From: Tagaea sp. | GTDB taxonomy: Bacteria > Pseudomonadota > Alphaproteobacteria > CACIAM-22H2 | Length of the DNA stretch: 64,000 nucleotides | Reading direction: 5' to 3' | NCBI GenBank assembly: GCA_965279525.1 | Contig: CBDIIB010000004.1 | Span: forward strand, 640,001-704,000 | In this document: in pieces, positions 60,342 through 64,000 of the stretch | Layout: each line of letters opens with the position of its first letter | How positions within the stretch are numbered: position 1 is the first letter of the stretch | Program-made: the position numbers and the translations under genes | Notes under the pieces: generated by a model | What the model was told of the DNA's origin: nothing | The model's input: only the letters and a program-made list of their open reading frames with translations | The model's database searches: none

Positions 60342-60797
60342 ATGGATGCCGCCCCCTTCACGGTCGAGCTGCCGATCCGCTTCAGCCACACGGATCCAGC
60401 CGGCATCGTCTATTTCCCGAACTATTTCGATTTCTGCAACGGCGTGGTCGAGGACTGGTACACGCGTGGCCTCGGCATCGACTATGCGCGCATGATCTTC
60501 GAGGACCGCCGCTCGGCGCCCATCGTGCATGCCGAGTGCGACTTCTTCGTGCCCTCGCTGATGGGCGACCGCGTGTCGTTCACGCTGCTGCTCGCCAAGA
60601 TCGGCCGCACGTCGATCGACATGGACATCTACGGCCATGTCGCCGGCACGCTGCGCCTCAAGGCGAACATCGTGACGGTGTTCATGGATCTCGACACCCG
60701 CAAATCCGTTGCCCTTCCCGACACGATGCGCCAGAAGTTCGAAGCCTATCGCGACGCGTGCGAAGGCTGGATCCCGCCCCCGAAACCCGGAGCCTGA
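60342..60797 (+). CDS. Acyl-CoA thioesterase (4-hydroxybenzoyl-CoA thioesterase / hotdog family)
   Basis: IRFSHTDPAGIVYFPNYF, PIVHAECDF. Confidence 0.9.
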   Translation: MDAAPFTVELPIRFSHTDPAGIVYFPNYFDFCNGVVEDWYTRGLGIDYARMIFEDRRSAPIVHAECDFFVPSLMGDRVSFTLLLAKIGRTSIDMDIYGHVAGTLRLKANIVTVFMDLDTRKSVALPDTMRQKFEAYRDACEGWIPPPKPGA

Positions 60798-60799
60798 AG

Positions 60800-61198
60800 T
60801 TGAACCGTGCACTCCTGCCGCCCGGCTGGGACGCGCCCAAGGGATACGCCAACGGCATCGCCGCCCGCGGCACGCAGATCTATGTCGCCGGCCAGATCGG
60901 CTGGAACCCTGCGACGTCCGCGTTCGAGACCGACGACTTCGTCGGCCAGACGCGCCAGGCGCTTGCCAACATCGTCGCGGTGCTGGCGGCCGCCGGTGCC
61001 GGCCCCGAGCATGTCGTGCGGCTCACCTGGTACGTCGTCGACAAGGCGGAGTATGCCGCCCGCCTGCGCGAGGTGGGCGACGCCTACCGCGCCACGCTGG
61101 GACGCAACTTCCCGGCCATGACGCTGGTCGAGGTGAAGTCGCTGCTCGAACCGCGCGCGCGCCTCGAGATCGAGGCGACTGCCGTGCTGCCTGATTGA
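60800..61198 (+). CDS. RidA/YjgF-family protein
   Basis: PKGYANG, VAGQIGW, FPAMTLVEV, LEIEATA; probable TTG start. Confidence 0.88.
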   Translation: MNRALLPPGWDAPKGYANGIAARGTQIYVAGQIGWNPATSAFETDDFVGQTRQALANIVAVLAAAGAGPEHVVRLTWYVVDKAEYAARLREVGDAYRATLGRNFPAMTLVEVKSLLEPRARLEIEATAVLPD

Positions 61199-61264
61199 CC
61201 CTCTCGCCATCGGCACGCCCCGCCCTATAATCCCGTTCCACTCCATCCGACCGGAAACCCGACA

Positions 61265-62449
61265 ATGAGCAAATCCGCCAAGGCCGAATTCAAGTGGGAA
61301 GACCCGTTCCTGATGGACGCGGACCTTTCCGAGGACGAGCGGATGATCCGCGATGCCGCGCGCGAATTCTGCGAAGGCAAGCTGATGCCGCGCATCCAGA
61401 AGGCCTTCCGCAACGAGACGACCGACCGCGGCATCTTCAACGAGATGGGCGAGATGGGCTTCCTGGGCTCGACGATCGAGGGCTACGGCTGTGCCGGCCT
61501 CTCGTACGTCGCCTACGGCATCGTGGCGCGCGAAGTGGAACGCATCGACAGCGGTTACCGTTCGATGATGAGCGTGCAGTCGTCGCTCGTCATGCATCCG
61601 ATCCACGCCTACGGCACCGAGGCGCAGCGCCAGAAGTACCTTCCCAAGCTCGCGACCGGCGAGTGGGTCGGCTGCTTCGGCCTCACCGAACCCGATGCCG
61701 GCTCCGATCCCGGCGGCATGACGACGCGCGCGAAGAAGACGAAGAACGGCTACGTCATTTCCGGTGCCAAGATGTGGATCTCGAACGCGCCGATCGCCGA
61801 CGTGTTCGTCGTGTGGGCCAAGGACGATGCCGGCGACATCCGCGGCTTCGTGCTCGAGAAGGGCATGAAGGGCCTGTCGGCGCCGAAGATCGAGGGCAAG
61901 TTCTCGCTGCGCGCGTCGATCACCGGCGAGATCGTGATGGACGAGGTGCATGTCGGCGAAGACGCGCTGCTGCCAAACGTGAAGGGCCTCAAGGGTCCGT
62001 TCGGCTGCCTCAACCGCGCGCGCTACGGCATCGCATGGGGTGCCCTTGGTGCCGCCGAATATTGCTGGCACGCGGCGCGCAAATACACGCTCGAGCGCAA
62101 GATGTTCAACCGCCCGCTCGCGGCCAACCAGCTCGTGCAGAAGAAGCTGGCCGACATGCAGACCGAGATCTGGATCGGCCTGAATTCGTGCCTGACCGCC
62201 GGCCGACTGATGGACCAGGGGCGTCTCGCGCCTGAGACGATCAGCCTCATCAAGCGCAACAGCTGCGGCAAGGCGCTCGACATCGCCCGCATGGCGCGCG
62301 ACATGCACGGCGGCAACGGCATCATGGACGAGTATCACGTGATCCGGCATTTGATGAATCTGGAAACCGTGAACACCTACGAGGGCACGCACGACATCCA
62401 TGCGCTGATCCTCGGCCGCGCGCAGACCGGCATCCAGGCGTTCTTCTAG
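61265..62449 (+). CDS. gcdH: Glutaryl-CoA dehydrogenase
   Basis: [51 protein letters not shown]. Confidence 0.93.
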   Translation: MSKSAKAEFKWEDPFLMDADLSEDERMIRDAAREFCEGKLMPRIQKAFRNETTDRGIFNEMGEMGFLGSTIEGYGCAGLSYVAYGIVAREVERIDSGYRSMMSVQSSLVMHPIHAYGTEAQRQKYLPKLATGEWVGCFGLTEPDAGSDPGGMTTRAKKTKNGYVISGAKMWISNAPIADVFVVWAKDDAGDIRGFVLEKGMKGLSAPKIEGKFSLRASITGEIVMDEVHVGEDALLPNVKGLKGPFGCLNRARYGIAWGALGAAEYCWHAARKYTLERKMFNRPLAANQLVQKKLADMQTEIWIGLNSCLTAGRLMDQGRLAPETISLIKRNSCGKALDIARMARDMHGGNGIMDEYHVIRHLMNLETVNTYEGTHDIHALILGRAQTGIQAFF

Positions 62450-62464
62450 GCGGGCGGGCGCGTC

Positions 62465-62812
62465 TTGCTCGGCGCGCTCACGCTCCTTCTCGTCTGCCAG
62501 GCGATCGGCGAGGCCGTCGTGCGCCTTGCCGGCCTGCCGGTACCCGGCCCCGTGATGGGCATGCTGCTGCTGTTTGCCTGGCTGATGGTGAAGGGCGAAG
62601 TGCCCGAGGCGGTGGCGAAGACGACGGCCGGCCTGCTCGAACACTTGTCGCTGCTGTTCGTGCCGGCAGGCGTGGGCGTGGTGCTCTATCTCGATCTCGT
62701 CGCGGCCGAGTGGCAGGCCATCCTCGCAGCACTCGTCGTCTCCACGCTCGCGACCATCCTCGTCACGGCCTTCGTGATGCGCAAGCTCGTCGGCCGCGCG
62801 GACGAGCCATGA
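62465..62812 (+). CDS. cidA: CidA/LrgA-family holin-like membrane protein
   Basis: PVPGPVMGM, LSLLFVPAGVG. Confidence 0.9.
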   Translation: MLGALTLLLVCQAIGEAVVRLAGLPVPGPVMGMLLLFAWLMVKGEVPEAVAKTTAGLLEHLSLLFVPAGVGVVLYLDLVAAEWQAILAALVVSTLATILVTAFVMRKLVGRADEP

Positions 62813-63528
62813 AGGACGAGCTTTTCCAGCTCTGGGTCTATCTGTCGGCCACGCCGCTCGCGGGGCTGACGGTCACGCTGGTGGCCTACCAGATCGGCGT
62901 CGCGGTCTACCGGCGCAGCGGGGCCAATCCCATCGCCAATCCGGTGCTGATCGCGGTCGTGCTGCTGGTCGCACTGCTGTGGGCGACGGGAACCGCCTAT
63001 CGCACCTATTTCGAGGGCGCGCAGTTCGTCCACTTCCTGCTGGGTCCCGCGACGGTGGCGCTGGCAGTCCCGCTCTATCGCCACTTCGCGACGATCAGGC
63101 GTTCGGCACTCGCCATCGCGGTGTCGATCGTCGCCGGCTCGATGACGGCCATCGTCACGGCCGTCGGCACGGCGTGGCTGATGGGCGCCTCGTCGCGCAC
63201 GTTGTTAAGTCTGGCACCCAAGTCGGTGACCACGCCGGTCGCGATGGGCATTTCCGAACAGATCGGCGGCCTGCCGTCGCTGACGGCCGTGCTCGTGATC
63301 CTGACGGGGATCCTCGGCGCCGTGTTCGCGACATGGACGCTGAACGCCGCCGGCATCAAGGACTGGCGCGCGCGCGGGCTTTCGGTGGGCGTGGGCGCGC
63401 ACGGGATCGGAACGGCGCGCGCGTTCCAGGTGAACGAGCTTGCGGGTGCGTTCGCCAGCCTCGCGATGGGGCTGAACGCGCTGGCGACGGCGATACTCGT
63501 CCCGCTGCTTATTCGGCTGCTGTGGTGA
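62809..63528 (+). CDS. lrgB: LrgB/CidB-family membrane protein
   Basis: LLGPATVALAVPLY, SLAPKSVTTPVA, AHGIGTARA; ATGA-coupled to cidA. Confidence 0.93.
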   Translation: MKDELFQLWVYLSATPLAGLTVTLVAYQIGVAVYRRSGANPIANPVLIAVVLLVALLWATGTAYRTYFEGAQFVHFLLGPATVALAVPLYRHFATIRRSALAIAVSIVAGSMTAIVTAVGTAWLMGASSRTLLSLAPKSVTTPVAMGISEQIGGLPSLTAVLVILTGILGAVFATWTLNAAGIKDWRARGLSVGVGAHGIGTARAFQVNELAGAFASLAMGLNALATAILVPLLIRLLW

Positions 63529-63997
63529 CCTGCGGCGCGTAGCCGCCCTGGCCGATGGCGCCGGTCCAGAACTGCTCCATGCGGCGCAGCGTCTGCTCGA
63601 GCATCGCGAGATCCTGCGGCTTCACGGTCGAGCGCGTCAGTTCCTCTGCGTGGCGCTCGAAGACCTTGTCGAGCAGCCCGTGCAGCTTGAGACCCGAGGC
63701 CGTCAGCTTCACGCGCACCGAGCGGCGGTCGTGCGGGCTGCGTGCCTGCGAGATGTACTCGTTGTCGATGAGCTTCTTCAGATTGTACGAGACGTTGGAG
63801 CCCAGATAGTAGCCGCGCTGCGTGAGCTCGCCCACGGTCAGCTCGTCCGGCCCGATATTGTACAGTATCAACGCCTGGACGTTGTTGATGTCGCGGATGC
63901 CCATCCGGTCGAGCTCGAGTTTCACGACCTCGAGGAATTGCCGATGCAGCCTCTCGACCAGAGAGACCGAATCCAGATAGTCCTTTTTCATCGACAT
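63509..63997 (-). CDS. ldtR: MarR-family transcriptional regulator LdtR
   Basis: LVERLHRQFLEVVK, DINNVQAL, RGYYLGSNVSYNLKKL, DRRSVRV. Confidence 0.85.
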   Translation of the reverse strand: MSMKKDYLDSVSLVERLHRQFLEVVKLELDRMGIRDINNVQALILYNIGPDELTVGELTQRGYYLGSNVSYNLKKLIDNEYISQARSPHDRRSVRVKLTASGLKLHGLLDKVFERHAEELTRSTVKPQDLAMLEQTLRRMEQFWTGAIGQGGYAPQVTTAAE

Positions 63998-64000
63998 AAG

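Noticed and set aside
62465-63528. Prophage lysis cassette
   Set aside because: CidA/LrgB are chromosomal holin-like membrane proteins; no endolysin, integrase or structural phage genes nearby.

Overview
GC-rich alphaproteobacterial chromosome, most consistent with Rhodospirillales (K+-independent hppA, class I phaC next to alaC-hom-glpX-recJ, fliL-fliM-motE-cheY-cheZ next to recA-alaS, ldtR, CtrA-type and GAAC-N7-GTAC LexA boxes). About 70 CDSs, mostly core genome: translation, recombination, lipid synthesis, riboflavin/thiamine, amino-acid metabolism and flagellar motor genes. I saw no rRNA, tRNA, CRISPR array, transposase, integrase or phage genes. The accessory-looking parts are (i) 1-9.8 kb, where a secreted two-domain vanadium-haloperoxidase-like gene sits between direct repeats that split a divergent HcnAB/HcnC-like oxidoreductase pair, followed by two paralogous pentapeptide-repeat genes around a DUF748 gene and a small protein, one of them behind a CtrA-type promoter and a long leader with repeated AGUG; and (ii) 19-25.6 kb, with a DUF1800(+CBM60-like insert)/DUF1501 pair, an atypical asd, an orphan secreted protein and a HisKA_2 kinase/single-domain receiver pair. 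Other oddities: fliL duplicated together with its promoter, a CheZ with a histone-H1-like basic tail, and an apparent 1-nt frameshift at the start of the Cbp3-type chaperone gene. All family calls come from reading motifs by eye; no database searches were run. None of the candidates is a demonstrated new system.
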